45,900 nucleotides of DNA from Eubacteriales bacterium (GCA_045661285.1 JAZRFI010000088.1:1-45900); one strand, 5' to 3'; numbered from the stretch's first letter, positions 17,957-28,685 are shown. Notes: a model not told the origin generated them from the sequence alone. A program made the numbers and translations.

Positions 17957-19024
17957 GTGCGTATTTTAATTGATGTTATGAGCGGTGACAACGCCCCCGG
18001 CGAGCTGATTCGCGGGGCCGTGCTTGCATCCCTTGAGTATCCCTCGTTGGATATAGCCGTCGTTGGAAACGAGGATATTATCCGTGAGACCGCCGAGGAT
18101 ATCGGGCTTTCGCTTGATCGTATAACCATTATTCCGTCCGTAAGCGTGATCGAAATGGAGGATAAAGCCCTTTCGGTCGTGCGTGACAAGAAGGATTCTT
18201 CGATGAGCGTGGGGCTTCGCGCGTTGGCAGAAGGGCAAGCGGACGCCTTTGTCAGCGCGGGGAATACGGGTGCCCTTTTGGCGGGTGCCACCCTGCTTGT
18301 GCGCCGTATTCGCGGTATTGCGCGCGCGGCGATCGCCACGATCCTTCCGTTCCCTTCTCCCGTTCTTTTGATCGATTCCGGGGCTAACCTTGACGTTACG
18401 CCCGAAAATCTTGAGCAATTTGCCTTGATGGGATCGCTCTATATGGAAAAGATCTACGGGATCCAATCGCCCCGCGTCGGGCAGATCAACAACGGTACCG
18501 AATACAACAAGGGCCGTGAGCTTCAAGTGGAAACCTATGCCCGCCTTTCGAATGCCGATATGAATTTCGTTGGGAACATTGAAGCCAAAATGCTCCCCTT
18601 TGACGTTTGCGACCTCGTGGTAACCGACGGCTTTACGGGGAATATCGTGTTGAAATTCTTGGAAGGTATGGGTAAATTCTTCTTGAGCGCGATGAAGGAA
18701 TTGTTCTATTCCAACACCGCCACCAAGCTTTCGGCGATGATGCTTCGCGGAAAGCTGAAGGAATTTAAAAAGAAGTTTGACGCCTCTGAACACGGCGGAG
18801 CCCCGCTTCTCGGTATTTCGAAGCCGGTCATCAAGGCTCACGGCTCTTCGGACGCCAACGCCATCAAAAACGCCGTTCATCAAGCCATGAACTTTGTGAA
18901 TACGGGCATTAATTACGAGATTGCCGCATGGGCGGCCGCCTGTGAAGAAAAGGCCAAAGCCGAAAAAGAAGCCGCCAAGCAAGCGGCCGAGGCTTGTGGT
19001 GAAGATAAGGGCGAAACGATATGA
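17957..19024 (+). CDS. plsX: phosphate acyltransferase PlsX
   Basis: GTG start 6 nt after the AAGGAGA RBS. The PlsX family core runs throughout (MSGDNAP...FVSAGNTGAL...VTDGFTGNIVLK...GAPLLGISKPVIKAHGSS). Confidence 0.93.
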   Translation: MRILIDVMSGDNAPGELIRGAVLASLEYPSLDIAVVGNEDIIRETAEDIGLSLDRITIIPSVSVIEMEDKALSVVRDKKDSSMSVGLRALAEGQADAFVSAGNTGALLAGATLLVRRIRGIARAAIATILPFPSPVLLIDSGANLDVTPENLEQFALMGSLYMEKIYGIQSPRVGQINNGTEYNKGRELQVETYARLSNADMNFVGNIEAKMLPFDVCDLVVTDGFTGNIVLKFLEGMGKFFLSAMKELFYSNTATKLSAMMLRGKLKEFKKKFDASEHGGAPLLGISKPVIKAHGSSDANAIKNAVHQAMNFVNTGINYEIAAWAAACEEKAKAEKEAAKQAAEACGEDKGETI

Positions 19025-19707
19025 AAAACTGCAAAGATCTTTCCTGTCTTGAAGAGGTTATCGGGTACCGTTTTTCAAATCGCGCCCTTTTGGAGCGAGC
19101 CTTGACCCATACCTCGTATTCGAATGAGCACGCCGTGCCTTCCTACGAACGCCTTGAGTTTTTAGGGGATGCGGTGCTGCAGATCATCATCACCGATCAT
19201 CTTTATCACCAATTTGAGGCGGAGGCGGAGGGGATCCTTACCACGATGCGTAAGAACCTCGTCAGCAAGCCTCCTCTTGCCCGTATTGCCGAAGAAATTT
19301 CGCTTGGCGACTACCTTTCTCTCGGGAAAGGGGAGGATGCGGCCGGCGGGCGGCACAACGCCACCATTCTTGCCGACGTTTTTGAGTCGATGATGGCCGC
19401 TATTTATCTTGACGGCGGAATTGATATGGCAAAGGAGGTCCTTCTTCGTTTGATGAAGGACGAGCTTTTGCAAAGCGCCGAAAACAAGGGTGCCGATTAT
19501 AAGACCCGCCTGCAGCAGCTGATCGAGCAGGACGGAAAAGAGACCCTTGAATACGTGGTAGCCAAAAAAGAAGGCCCCGATCATAAGCCGATCTACGTTA
19601 TAAACGCTGTTATCAGCGGAAACGTCGTCGGAAGCGGAAAAGGGGGCTCTAAGCACGAGGCCGAGCAAATGGCCGCCAAGGAAGCCCTTCGCTGGTTTCA
19701 CCCTTAA
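19021..19707 (+). CDS. rnc: ribonuclease III
   Basis: RNase III signature ERLEFLGDAVL and a C-terminal dsRNA-binding domain (GSGKGGSKHEAEQMAAKEAL). ATGA overlap with plsX. Confidence 0.95.
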   Translation: MKNCKDLSCLEEVIGYRFSNRALLERALTHTSYSNEHAVPSYERLEFLGDAVLQIIITDHLYHQFEAEAEGILTTMRKNLVSKPPLARIAEEISLGDYLSLGKGEDAAGGRHNATILADVFESMMAAIYLDGGIDMAKEVLLRLMKDELLQSAENKGADYKTRLQQLIEQDGKETLEYVVAKKEGPDHKPIYVINAVISGNVVGSGKGGSKHEAEQMAAKEALRWFHP

Positions 19708-19730
19708 GCATCGAATGAAAGGAACCGTTT

Positions 19731-22700
19731 ATGTATTTAAAATCACTTGAACTGCATGGCTTTAAGTCCTTTCCCAATCGGACGCTTTTGACCTTTGAAC
19801 GCGGTTCTACCGTCATCGTCGGGCCGAACGGGAGTGGAAAATCAAATATTTCGGATGCGATGCGTTGGGTTCTCGGTGAGCTGTCGAGCCGTAATATCCG
19901 CGGCACGAAAATGGAGGACGTCATTTCCGGCGGAACCGACTCACGTAACCCCATGGGCTTTGCCGAGGTCTCTGTCACCTTCGATAACACCGATAAAAGT
20001 CACCGCATTGATTCACCCTACGACGAGATCAAGGTCACCCGCCGTTACTATCCAAGCGGGGATAGCGAATACCTGATCAACGGGCAGAAAAAACGCCTTC
20101 GCGACATCACCGACCTTTTTATGAATACGGGTATCGGGCGCGAGGGTTATTCGATCGTTGGGCAGGGACGTGTTGCCGAGCTTTTGTCGAGAAAAAGCGA
20201 GGATCGCCGCAACGTATTTGAGGAAGCGGCGGGAATTGCGAAATTCCGCCATCGCAAAGAAGAAACCGAAAGAAAACGCGCCCAGACCCACGATAATATG
20301 GAGCGCATTATCGATATTTACGATGAGCTTGCCGCGCGCCTTGGGCCTCTGACCAAGGATGCCGAAAAGGCCAAAAAATACCGCGATCTTCTGGAAAAGA
20401 AGAAGGAAGCCGACGTTTCGCTTTGGCTCTATGATACGCAAAAGAACCGAAACGATCTTCAAAAGGCTCGCGATACCTTTGAATTAAGCCGTAAGGAGCT
20501 GGAAACGATCGATGAATCGATCCGCTCTCTGCAGGCCCAGGATCAACGCCTTTTAGAGGCGATGGACGGAGGGCGCCTTGCTTCCGAGCAGCTTCTTACC
20601 CGCATCAACGAATACCGTGAAAGAATGTACGCCTGCGAAACCGAGCTTTCGCGCCTTGATACCGATATTCAGCACAAAAACGAGCTGATCGGGTCGGCCG
20701 AAAAGCGCATCGCGGAGATCGAGCAGGCCGCCCGTAAGCTTTCGGGTGAAGACGGCACGTACGATGCCGATCTGAAAAAGATCAAGGCCGAGCGCGATTC
20801 GCTTATGGAAGAGCGCCTCGGTGTTTTGGCCGATGGGCAAAAGGTTGCCTTGGCCGCCTCTAAGCTTTCCAAGGAGCTGGAGGATTCCTTAGAGCGTCTT
20901 AATCGCTTGCAAAACGACGCCACCGATCTCAAGGTAAATATGGACGTTCTGACCCGCTCGCGTGAGCAGGACAGCACGAGAGGGCAAAGCATTGAAGCCG
21001 CGATCCGTGACGGAGAAGCGCAAGAAAAAGAGCTGACCGACGAGGTTTCGCGTTGTGAGAAAAACGCCTCCGGCTTTACGGGGCGTATTGCCGAGCTTGA
21101 GGCTACGGCCGCTTCGTGCGATGAAAAGGCCGAGGCTTGCCGCCTCGAAAAAGAAAAGATCGGGGAAGAGGCCGCCGCCCTTCGGGCCGAGCGCGCCGCC
21201 CTTGAAGAGGCCGCCGAAGCCCTTCGCAAGCTTGAAGAACATTTTGAGGGGTACAGCCACGCCGTAAAAGCGGTTATGGAGGCCTATGACGCCAATCGCC
21301 TTTCGGGGGCGTCTACCGTATACGGCCCGCTTTCTCAGCTGATCTCGGTACGTCCCGAGCATCTGTTGGCCATTGAATCGACAATGGGCGCCGATCTGCA
21401 AAACATCGTGGTAGAGGATGAAGAGACCGCCAAGGCGGCGATCTGTTACCTGAAGGAAACCAAATCCGGCCGTACCACCTTTTATCCGCTTACCACCATT
21501 CGCCCGGGGCCCGAAACCGAAGAGGTTCGTTCTCTTGCTTCCTGCCGCGGTTATGTTGACCGCGCCGACCGTTTGGTCGCTTGCGAAGAGAAGTTTGACG
21601 ATATCGTCGTATGGCTTCTTTCGCGTACGGTGGTCTTCGATACCTTGGATAACGCCGTAGAGGCGGCTAAGCGCGTACGCTATCGCGTAAAGCTTGTTAC
21701 GCTTGACGGTCAGCTTATCAATCCCGGCGGTTCGCTGACGGGTGGCTCGCTGCGCAGCGGAAAGGGAAGCGGTATGCTTTCCCGCGGCGCCGATATCGAG
21801 GCGAAGATGGATGCGGCCGAGGCGCTGACAAAGAAGATCATGGCGCTCAACGGCACGCTTTCCGAGAAAGAAAACGAGATCCACGATCTTGAGATCGCCA
21901 AAAAGGACGCCTTACAGCAGACCGAGCTTTTACGCACCATGTCAAGAGCCCAGCTGAGCGCGCTGGATAACGCGAAGGCTCGTCTTTTGGCGGGGCAAGA
22001 GCAGCTGGAAAAGCTTCGTGAGGAGTTTTCCACGGTCGCCGGCAAGGATAAAGAGATCGAGGATGAGATTGAGCGCTTGAAAAAGCAGCTGGCAAGGAAG
22101 AACGCCGAGATCGCCGCCTTGCGTGAGGAACGCGCCGCCAAGGATATCGAGCGCAATCAGCTTCTTGATGAGAACGATAGCGCGCAAAAGGAAGCTTCGC
22201 AAATGTCCAACCGTATTTTCGAGTTGAACAAAGAGATCGAAATTGCGGAAAAAATGAAGGAAAGCCTTTCCGAGCGTCTTTTTGAGCTGAACAGCGAAAA
22301 GGACGGACAAAAGGCGCTTGTCAAAGAATATAAGACGACGATCGGCACCGCCGAGGAAAAGAAAAAGGAAAGCAAAGAAGAGATCCTTACGATCGAAAAA
22401 GGGCTTAACGAGCTTTCCGAAAAACGGCAGGAGGCCGAGGGAAATATCTCGGCTTACAACGCCCGTCTCGGCGAGATCCGCGAGCAGCTTCGCCAAAAGC
22501 AGGATCAAAAGGATAAGTGCGCGAACAACCATTTTCACGCTGAAAACCGCTTGCACCGCTTAGAGGACGATCAAGAAAGACTCGGGCTTCGAATCTGGGA
22601 GGAATACGAGCTTTCCTACGAGGATGCCGTATCGCTGAACTATCCCCCTGTAACGTCCGAAAACCGTTCCGAGATCGCTTCGATCCAAACGAGCTGCCGC

Positions 22701-23354
22701 AACACCATGAAGGCCTTGGGTCAGGTCAATCTCGGCGCGATCGAGGAATACGCCGAGGTCAAGGCCCGTTACGACGAGATGACCGTACAGGTCGAGGATA
22801 TGAAGGAATCCTACGATAAGATGACCGAGATCATCCTTTCGATGGAAGAGGATATGAAGACCCAGTTTTCGGCGGCCTTCTACGAGATCAACCGCAATTT
22901 CGGTATCGTTTTCTCCGATCTTTTTGGTGGCGGACAGGCCGAGCTTGTTCTGACCGATCCCGAAGACGTTTTGAATTGCGGCATCGATATCAAGGCGGCC
23001 CCTCCCGGAAAGATTATCAAATCGCTCTCTCTTCTTTCGGGCGGTGAGCAAGCCTTCGTCGCTATTGCTCTGTTCTTCGCAATCTTAAAGGTCAATCCGA
23101 CGCCCTTCTGTATTTTTGACGAGATTGAGGCGGCCCTTGACGCCGTTAACGTTTTCCGTTTCGGCGAGTACATCAAAAAAATGTCGGAAGAAACACAGTT
23201 TATCTTAATCACCCACCGCCCCGGAACCATGGAGATCGCCGAGCGTCTTTACGGCGTTACGATGCAAGAGCGCGGCGTTTCCCGCGTGCTTCCCATGGAT
23301 CCCGAGCAGATGGAACAAATGAAGGAGACCTTGAAGAAAGATGGCGTTCTTTGA
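19731..23354 (+). CDS. smc: chromosome segregation protein SMC
   Basis: 1207 aa. Walker A GPNGSGKSN, long coiled coils, a hinge, signature LSGGEQ and Walker B FCIFDEIEAALD. Confidence 0.97.
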   Translation: MYLKSLELHGFKSFPNRTLLTFERGSTVIVGPNGSGKSNISDAMRWVLGELSSRNIRGTKMEDVISGGTDSRNPMGFAEVSVTFDNTDKSHRIDSPYDEIKVTRRYYPSGDSEYLINGQKKRLRDITDLFMNTGIGREGYSIVGQGRVAELLSRKSEDRRNVFEEAAGIAKFRHRKEETERKRAQTHDNMERIIDIYDELAARLGPLTKDAEKAKKYRDLLEKKKEADVSLWLYDTQKNRNDLQKARDTFELSRKELETIDESIRSLQAQDQRLLEAMDGGRLASEQLLTRINEYRERMYACETELSRLDTDIQHKNELIGSAEKRIAEIEQAARKLSGEDGTYDADLKKIKAERDSLMEERLGVLADGQKVALAASKLSKELEDSLERLNRLQNDATDLKVNMDVLTRSREQDSTRGQSIEAAIRDGEAQEKELTDEVSRCEKNASGFTGRIAELEATAASCDEKAEACRLEKEKIGEEAAALRAERAALEEAAEALRKLEEHFEGYSHAVKAVMEAYDANRLSGASTVYGPLSQLISVRPEHLLAIESTMGADLQNIVVEDEETAKAAICYLKETKSGRTTFYPLTTIRPGPETEEVRSLASCRGYVDRADRLVACEEKFDDIVVWLLSRTVVFDTLDNAVEAAKRVRYRVKLVTLDGQLINPGGSLTGGSLRSGKGSGMLSRGADIEAKMDAAEALTKKIMALNGTLSEKENEIHDLEIAKKDALQQTELLRTMSRAQLSALDNAKARLLAGQEQLEKLREEFSTVAGKDKEIEDEIERLKKQLARKNAEIAALREERAAKDIERNQLLDENDSAQKEASQMSNRIFELNKEIEIAEKMKESLSERLFELNSEKDGQKALVKEYKTTIGTAEEKKKESKEEILTIEKGLNELSEKRQEAEGNISAYNARLGEIREQLRQKQDQKDKCANNHFHAENRLHRLEDDQERLGLRIWEEYELSYEDAVSLNYPPVTSENRSEIASIQTSCRNTMKALGQVNLGAIEEYAEVKARYDEMTVQVEDMKESYDKMTEIILSMEEDMKTQFSAAFYEINRNFGIVFSDLFGGGQAELVLTDPEDVLNCGIDIKAAPPGKIIKSLSLLSGGEQAFVAIALFFAILKVNPTPFCIFDEIEAALDAVNVFRFGEYIKKMSEETQFILITHRPGTMEIAERLYGVTMQERGVSRVLPMDPEQMEQMKETLKKDGVL

Positions 23355-24255
23355 GAAACTGAAAAGCGGCCTGCGCCGCACCAAGGATGCTCTTTTCGGA
23401 AGAATCGACGCGCTTTTGCGCGCCTTCGTCCGTATTGACGAGGATTTTTTCGAAGAGCTTGAGGAAACTCTCATTTTTGCCGACGTGGGGGTTTCGACCA
23501 CCGAATATATTTTGGATACGCTTCGCGATACCTTAAAAGAAAAACGGATCACCGACCCAAAAGAGGTACGAAGCGAGCTTTACGCCCTGCTTACCGATAT
23601 GATCGGGGAGGACGATACGTTGCATCTTAACACCACCCCCTCGGTCATTTTGGTGATTGGGGTCAACGGGGTAGGTAAGACCACCTCGATCGGAAAAATG
23701 GCCCATTCCTTAAAGGAAGAGGGCAAAAAGGTCTTGGTGGCGGCGGCAGATACCTTCCGCGCCGCCGCGGCCGAGCAGCTGAAGGTATGGTGTGACCGCG
23801 CCGGGGTCGATATGATCCGCCAAGCCGCGGGGGCAGACCCCGCCGCCGTTGTCTACGATGCCGTCAGCGCGGCGATCAGCCGCAAGGCTGACGTTGTGAT
23901 CGTGGATACCGCGGGGCGCCTTCATAACAAGAAAAATCTGATGGACGAGCTTTCCAAGATTAATCGCGTTATCGACAAGCTTTTACCGGATGCAGACCGT
24001 GAAACGCTTTTGGTTCTTGATTCCACCACCGGTCAAAACGCGGTTTCACAGGCCAAGGAATTCCGCGAAGCCGCCGCAATCACCGGCCTGATCCTTACGA
24101 AGCTTGACGGCACGGCCAAGGGCGGCATCGTCTTTTCGATCCGCCGTGAGCTTGGGATCCCCGTGAAATTCATCGGGGTCGGGGAACAGATCGACGATAT
24201 GAAGCCCTTTTCGGGCAAGGAATTCACCGATGCACTTTTCGGAGGGGAAGAATGA
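23341..24255 (+). CDS. ftsY: signal recognition particle receptor FtsY
   Basis: NG domain with [18 protein letters not shown] and [10 protein letters not shown]. rnc-smc-ftsY synteny. Confidence 0.96.
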   Translation: MAFFEKLKSGLRRTKDALFGRIDALLRAFVRIDEDFFEELEETLIFADVGVSTTEYILDTLRDTLKEKRITDPKEVRSELYALLTDMIGEDDTLHLNTTPSVILVIGVNGVGKTTSIGKMAHSLKEEGKKVLVAAADTFRAAAAEQLKVWCDRAGVDMIRQAAGADPAAVVYDAVSAAISRKADVVIVDTAGRLHNKKNLMDELSKINRVIDKLLPDADRETLLVLDSTTGQNAVSQAKEFREAAAITGLILTKLDGTAKGGIVFSIRRELGIPVKFIGVGEQIDDMKPFSGKEFTDALFGGEE

Positions 24256-24869
24256 AAGCCGTTTTAGCTTCGCACAATAAGAAAAAAATCGAGGAAATGC
24301 GCCGTATTCTTACGGCTGAGTTTCCCGAGCTGAACCTTTTTTCCTTAACCGATATCGGTTTTTTTGACGAAATTCCCGAAACCGGCACGACCTTTGAGGA
24401 AAACGCGCTTCAAAAGGCAAGAGCCGGGGCTTCGAGCGACTTTTATTCGATCGCCGACGATTCGGGGCTTGAGGTCGATGCCCTTGGTGGGCGCCCGGGG
24501 GTTTATTCCGCCCGCTACGCGGGGGAGCCCTGTGACGATGAGAAAAACAACGCGCTCTTGCTTCAAGAGCTTTCTTCGGTTCCCGAAGAAGAGCGTACCG
24601 CCCATTACGTTTCCGTAATCGCTTGCGTTGCGCCGAGCGGCCGCTCCTTCACCGTGCGCGGTACTTGTGAAGGAAGAATTCTTTTTGAACGCTTGGGAAA
24701 CGGCGGCTTCGGATACGACCCCCTTTTCTACGTACCGAAGCTTGGCAAGACCTTTGCCGAGGCTACGCCCGCCGAAAAGGATTCTTGCAGCCACCGTGGG
24801 GAAGCGCTTTCGCTCTTTTTGAAGGCGTTTTCCGATTTTATAAAAGGAGAAGCGGATGATAAACAGTAA
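24252..24869 (+). CDS. rdgB: non-canonical purine NTP pyrophosphatase (RdgB/HAM1 family)
   Basis: Ham1 motifs ASHNKKKIEE, ADDSGLEVDALGGRPGVYSARYAG, GFGYDPLF and SHRGEAL. Confidence 0.92.
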   Translation: MKAVLASHNKKKIEEMRRILTAEFPELNLFSLTDIGFFDEIPETGTTFEENALQKARAGASSDFYSIADDSGLEVDALGGRPGVYSARYAGEPCDDEKNNALLLQELSSVPEEERTAHYVSVIACVAPSGRSFTVRGTCEGRILFERLGNGGFGYDPLFYVPKLGKTFAEATPAEKDSCSHRGEALSLFLKAFSDFIKGEADDKQ

Positions 24870-25146
24870 GCAACGCGCCTACTTACGTGGGCTTGCCAAT
24901 AAGCTTTCCCCTATTTTCCAAGTGGGGAAAGCGGGATTATCGGAGGAAAGCTGCTTGCAGATCGGCAACGCGCTTTCGGCCAGAGAGCTGATCAAGATCC
25001 ATGTTTTAGAGACCTGTCCGTATACCCCCCGCGAGGTAGCGGATATCCTTACTGAAGAGCTTTCCTGCGATGCGGTCGCGGTTATCGGTATGAAGGTGGT
25101 CTTATACCGCCCCGATGACGAGAAGCCGAAGATCGTTTTGCCATGA
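24856..25146 (+). CDS. yhbY: YhbY/CRS1-type RNA-binding protein
   Basis: 96 aa; KQRAYLRGLANKLSPIFQVGKAGLSE. The position before nadD matches the Bacillus yqeI-nadD-yqeK-rsfS cluster. Confidence 0.88.
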   Translation: MINSKQRAYLRGLANKLSPIFQVGKAGLSEESCLQIGNALSARELIKIHVLETCPYTPREVADILTEELSCDAVAVIGMKVVLYRPDDEKPKIVLP

Positions 25147-25760
25147 GCTTTGAAAAAAAGAAGGTCGGGATCTTTGGGGGAAGCTTTTCGCCCCCGCATT
25201 GCGGGCATCTTGGCGCCGCGAAAGCCTTTTTGAATGAGCTTTCGCTGGATTCTTTGCTTGTGATCCCCGCGGGGATTCCGCCGCACAAGACCCTAAAAGG
25301 GGATGCCACAACCGAGCAACGCGTTGAAATGTGCCGCTTGACCTTTGGCGACCTTCCCGATACCGAGATCTTAACCATGGAGATCGAACGGGGCGGAAAA
25401 AGCTATACGGCCGATACGCTGCGGGCGCTTTCCTCGCCCGAAAGAGAGCTGTTTCTTTTAGTGGGGACGGATATGTTTTTAACGCTTGATGAGTGGTATC
25501 ACCCCGAGGAGATTTTTTCGCTTGCCACCGTCGTTTTGATGCGGCGGGAGGGGGAGGCGGCTCTTTCCGAGAAAATTTCGGAAAAGAAAAGGGAATACGA
25601 GAAAAAATACGGGGCTCGCTTGCTTTTTTTAAAAGCCCCGATCGTGCAGATCAGCTCTGAATTCATTCGGGGAAGGATCGCAAAACGAGAAGAAATAGCG
25701 GCGCACGTTGTGCCGAAGGTGGAGGAATACATTAAGCAATGGCAGCTTTACAAGGCTTGA
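25143..25760 (+). CDS. nadD: nicotinate-nucleotide adenylyltransferase
   Basis: GIFGGSFSPPHCGH nucleotidyltransferase motif and a C-terminal ISSEFIR (ISSTxxR-like) motif. Confidence 0.94.
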   Translation: MSFEKKKVGIFGGSFSPPHCGHLGAAKAFLNELSLDSLLVIPAGIPPHKTLKGDATTEQRVEMCRLTFGDLPDTEILTMEIERGGKSYTADTLRALSSPERELFLLVGTDMFLTLDEWYHPEEIFSLATVVLMRREGEAALSEKISEKKREYEKKYGARLLFLKAPIVQISSEFIRGRIAKREEIAAHVVPKVEEYIKQWQLYKA

Positions 25761-26383
25761 CCGAGGAACGCTTTTTGCGCTTACGGATCCAGGTTTCCGA
25801 ACGGATCGGAAGCCGTCGTTTTTCTCATACGCTGGGCGTTGAAGAGGAGATCATCCGTCTTGGTAACGTTTTTCTTCCCGCCGACATCGCGCGCCTTCGG
25901 ATCGCCGCGCTTTTGCACGATATTACCAAAGAATGGAGCCCCGAAGAGCAGCTTTCGTATTGCCGAAAGCATTCCTTGCCCTTAAACGAGCTGGAGATCG
26001 CGACGCCGCGCGTTTTACATGCCAAAACCGGCGCCCACGTTGCCAAAACCGAGTTTTCGGCGTGGGTAGACCCCGAGATCCTGCACGCCATTGAGTTTCA
26101 TACGATGGGCGGCTTCGGTATGACGATCTTCGATGAGCTTTTGTACCTTAGCGATTATATTGAGCCCACGCGTACCTATCCCGATTGCATTGCGCTTCGC
26201 CGTATGTTCTGGGATGGGCTGGAAAAAGAGCAAGACAAAGAAAAACACCTGCATAACACCATTATTTTTGCCCTTCGAGGCACAGTCGCCGAGCTGACGG
26301 CGAAGCATATCCCGGTTTTTCCGAAAACCTATGAGGCGCTTTCCTTCCTTGAACAAAAGGTTTTGGAAAATAGCAAAAATTGA
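25739..26383 (+). CDS. yqeK: HD-domain bis(5'-nucleosyl)-tetraphosphatase YqeK
   Basis: HD residues (FSHTLGV, AALLHDITKE). Follows nadD. Confidence 0.88.
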   Translation: MAALQGLTEERFLRLRIQVSERIGSRRFSHTLGVEEEIIRLGNVFLPADIARLRIAALLHDITKEWSPEEQLSYCRKHSLPLNELEIATPRVLHAKTGAHVAKTEFSAWVDPEILHAIEFHTMGGFGMTIFDELLYLSDYIEPTRTYPDCIALRRMFWDGLEKEQDKEKHLHNTIIFALRGTVAELTAKHIPVFPKTYEALSFLEQKVLENSKN

Positions 26384-26428
26384 TTTTAGTAAGTTTTCTT
26401 TTTTATCAAAGACTATCCTTGAGGTGTT

Positions 26429-27448
26429 ATGATGAAAAAGAAAATCGTACTGTTTATTATCCTTGCCGCCGTTTGCGGCAGTATTCTGTTTATTAAAAAA
26501 GGCTTGCCCGTTGAAGCCGCGTTTCGCCAAAACGAAAAAACGGGGCACGAAACCTTCTTGATAGCGGGGCTTGATCAAGTAGCGGGGAATACCGACGTTT
26601 TATTTTTAGCCTCGATCGACTACGGTAACCATACGCTTTCGATCCTGCAGATCCCGCGTGATACCTATTTTTCGGCGGGGACGGCGCAAAATAAGATCAA
26701 CCAGATCTATCCCTCGGCTTACGCCGCAACAAAAAGCCGAAAAGAAGGTATGCGCCTTTTGAAAGAGGAGATCGAGGATACCTTCTCTCTGCCGATCGAC
26801 CATTATATGGCGATCGATATAGAAGCGTTTGAAGCGCTGATCGATTCCTTGGGCGGGGTGAGCGTTTTTGTCCCTTGCGATATGAACTATACCGATGAAG
26901 AGCAAGGGCTGCATATACGCATAAGCCGCGGGGAAAATCACCTGAACGGTAAAGAGGCCGTCCATTTTATGCGCTTTCGAAGCGACTATCTTATGGGGGA
27001 CTTGGGGCGTATCGATGCCCAGAAGCTCTTGCTTTCCGCCCTTTTTAAAAGGCTTCGTGAAGCCAATATGTATAGCTTACTTGTCAAGAGCCTTCCTACG
27101 CTCTATAAGCACGTAGAAGGAAGCCTGACGCTTTCTGAGGCGCTTTCGGTCGCGTATAGCTTCTATCGGGGAAAAGACGCCTTTTCGATGCGCCTTATGA
27201 CCCTGCCGGGAGAATCGGCGCGATATAGAGAAGACGGCGGCCTCTGGTATTACGTGGCGAATAAAAAAGCCGCCAACGAGATGCTTTCTTCCTATTTTTT
27301 CGCAAAGGGCGATTTTGACCCGCGAAAGAAAATGCTGGACGGCAACAACCTTAAATTCGAAAATATTTATTTTGATAATCATTTTTCCTATACGGTCTAC
27401 ACCGAGGAAACCATTGATTCGTTAAAAATAAAAGTAAAAAACAAATGA
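26429..27448 (+). CDS. LytR-CpsA-Psr (LCP) family cell-envelope phosphotransferase
   Basis: A single N-terminal TM helix followed by an LCP domain (NTDVLFLASIDYGNHTLSILQIPRDTY). GAGGTG RBS. Confidence 0.85.
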   Translation: MMKKKIVLFIILAAVCGSILFIKKGLPVEAAFRQNEKTGHETFLIAGLDQVAGNTDVLFLASIDYGNHTLSILQIPRDTYFSAGTAQNKINQIYPSAYAATKSRKEGMRLLKEEIEDTFSLPIDHYMAIDIEAFEALIDSLGGVSVFVPCDMNYTDEEQGLHIRISRGENHLNGKEAVHFMRFRSDYLMGDLGRIDAQKLLLSALFKRLREANMYSLLVKSLPTLYKHVEGSLTLSEALSVAYSFYRGKDAFSMRLMTLPGESARYREDGGLWYYVANKKAANEMLSSYFFAKGDFDPRKKMLDGNNLKFENIYFDNHFSYTVYTEETIDSLKIKVKNK

Positions 27449-27458
27449 GGTCAGAAAT

Positions 27459-27878
27459 ATGGAAAACCAAGAAAAGCTTGATTATACGGGGCTTTCCCCG
27501 CTGCAGCTCGCCGAGAAGGCCGCCCTGGCGCTTTACGGCAAAGGCGGCTTTCAATTGAAAATGTATCACGTGGAGGATACGACGGTCATTACCGATTATT
27601 ACGTGATCGCGACCGGTCGCTCGACCACCCACATAAAGGCCTTGGCCGACGAGGTCTGCTACCGCCTTGACCTGGGTGGTGTTAAGGCCGCCCACGTAGA
27701 AGGGCGCGATGCCGGCTCTTGGGTCCTTTTGGATTTTGGCAGCGTGATCGCACATATCTTCGCCCGTGATGCGCGGGATTACTATAATTTAGAGCGTCTT
27801 TTGCCCGAAGAAAGCGAAATCGATCTTGCCGCGCTCTTAAAAGCCGCCGATGATGCGAATAAAGTAAGCGAAAATTAA
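27459..27878 (+). CDS. rsfS: ribosome silencing factor RsfS
   Basis: Iojap/RsfS core TDYYVIATGRSTTHIKALADEV and WVLLDFGSVIAHIF. Confidence 0.93.
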   Translation: MENQEKLDYTGLSPLQLAEKAALALYGKGGFQLKMYHVEDTTVITDYYVIATGRSTTHIKALADEVCYRLDLGGVKAAHVEGRDAGSWVLLDFGSVIAHIFARDARDYYNLERLLPEESEIDLAALLKAADDANKVSEN

Positions 27879-27905
27879 AAAAATCGCATTTTTTATCAAA
27901 AAACA

Positions 27906-27934
27906 CTTGACAAGCCTTGAAACTAATTATATAA
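27906..27934 (+). promoter_or_regulatory. sigma-A promoter of the rplU-prp-rpmA operon
   Basis: TTGACA (27906-27911), an exact 17-nt spacer, then TATAAT (27929-27934). Confidence 0.8.
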
Positions 27935-27940
27935 TGATAT

Positions 27941-28005
27941 GACGCATATTGTTGGGCTCTAAGTGCATATGCCGCCTAACGTAGCGAATAATGAAGAAAG
28001 CGAGG
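27941..28005 (+). promoter_or_regulatory. possible L21 leader
   Basis: A ~70-nt 5'UTR containing the GCATAT...ATATGC hairpin between the promoter and the rplU RBS. Firmicutes carry an L21 leader at this position. The family was not verified. Confidence 0.35.
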
Positions 28006-28014
28006 TGCTTTTCC

Positions 28015-28326
28015 ATGTTTGCGGTTATTGAAACAGGCGGAAAGCAGTACAAAGTCAGCGAGGGTGATGTTCTCTTCATCGAAAAGCTCGAGGTAGAAGA
28101 CGGCGCATCCTATACCTTCGACAAGGTACTTGCCGTTTCCGACGGTGATTCCTTCAAAGCCGGTACCCCTTATGTTGAGGGCGCATCGGTAACTGCCAAC
28201 GTCATTAAGACCGGTAAGGGCAAGAAGATCTACGTGATCCGTTACAAGCCCAAGAAGAACGAAAAGAAGAAGATCGGTCATCGGCAGTTCTACACCAAGA
28301 TCCAGATTGAAAAAATCGTGGGTTAA
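28015..28326 (+). CDS. rplU: 50S ribosomal protein L21
   Basis: [25 protein letters not shown] from ATG 28015, with a GAGGTG RBS. The ORF-track start at 27991 is upstream of the RBS. Confidence 0.95.
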   Translation: MFAVIETGGKQYKVSEGDVLFIEKLEVEDGASYTFDKVLAVSDGDSFKAGTPYVEGASVTANVIKTGKGKKIYVIRYKPKKNEKKKIGHRQFYTKIQIEKIVG

Positions 28327-28328
28327 GT

Positions 28329-28685
28329 ATGACGAAAATCATTTTCTATAAGACAAACGGCGTTTTTTACGGGTTTGAAGAGCAGGGGCATACCGGATAC
28401 GGCGAGGCAGGCGACGACGTGCTTTGCTCGGCGCTTTCGGGTATGACGATGCTCATTATTAACGCCATCGAGGTTTCGTACGCGTCGGGTGTTGAATACA
28501 CCATCGACGAAGCGACGACCGATATTCGGTTGATCGCCAAAGGGGCTTTGCCCGAATACGAGGCCGATGAGAAAAAACGTTTTGCCGTTTCGGGTCTTAT
28601 CATGGCTTACTTCTACCAGCTCAGCGAAATGACCGAGGAATATTACGATTATTTATCGGTTGACGTGATCGAGCGGCCCTTGTAA
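28329..28685 (+). CDS. prp: ribosomal-processing cysteine protease Prp
   Basis: Sits between rplU and rpmA. His/Cys dyad context [18 protein letters not shown]. Confidence 0.9.
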   Translation: MTKIIFYKTNGVFYGFEEQGHTGYGEAGDDVLCSALSGMTMLIINAIEVSYASGVEYTIDEATTDIRLIAKGALPEYEADEKKRFAVSGLIMAYFYQLSEMTEEYYDYLSVDVIERPL

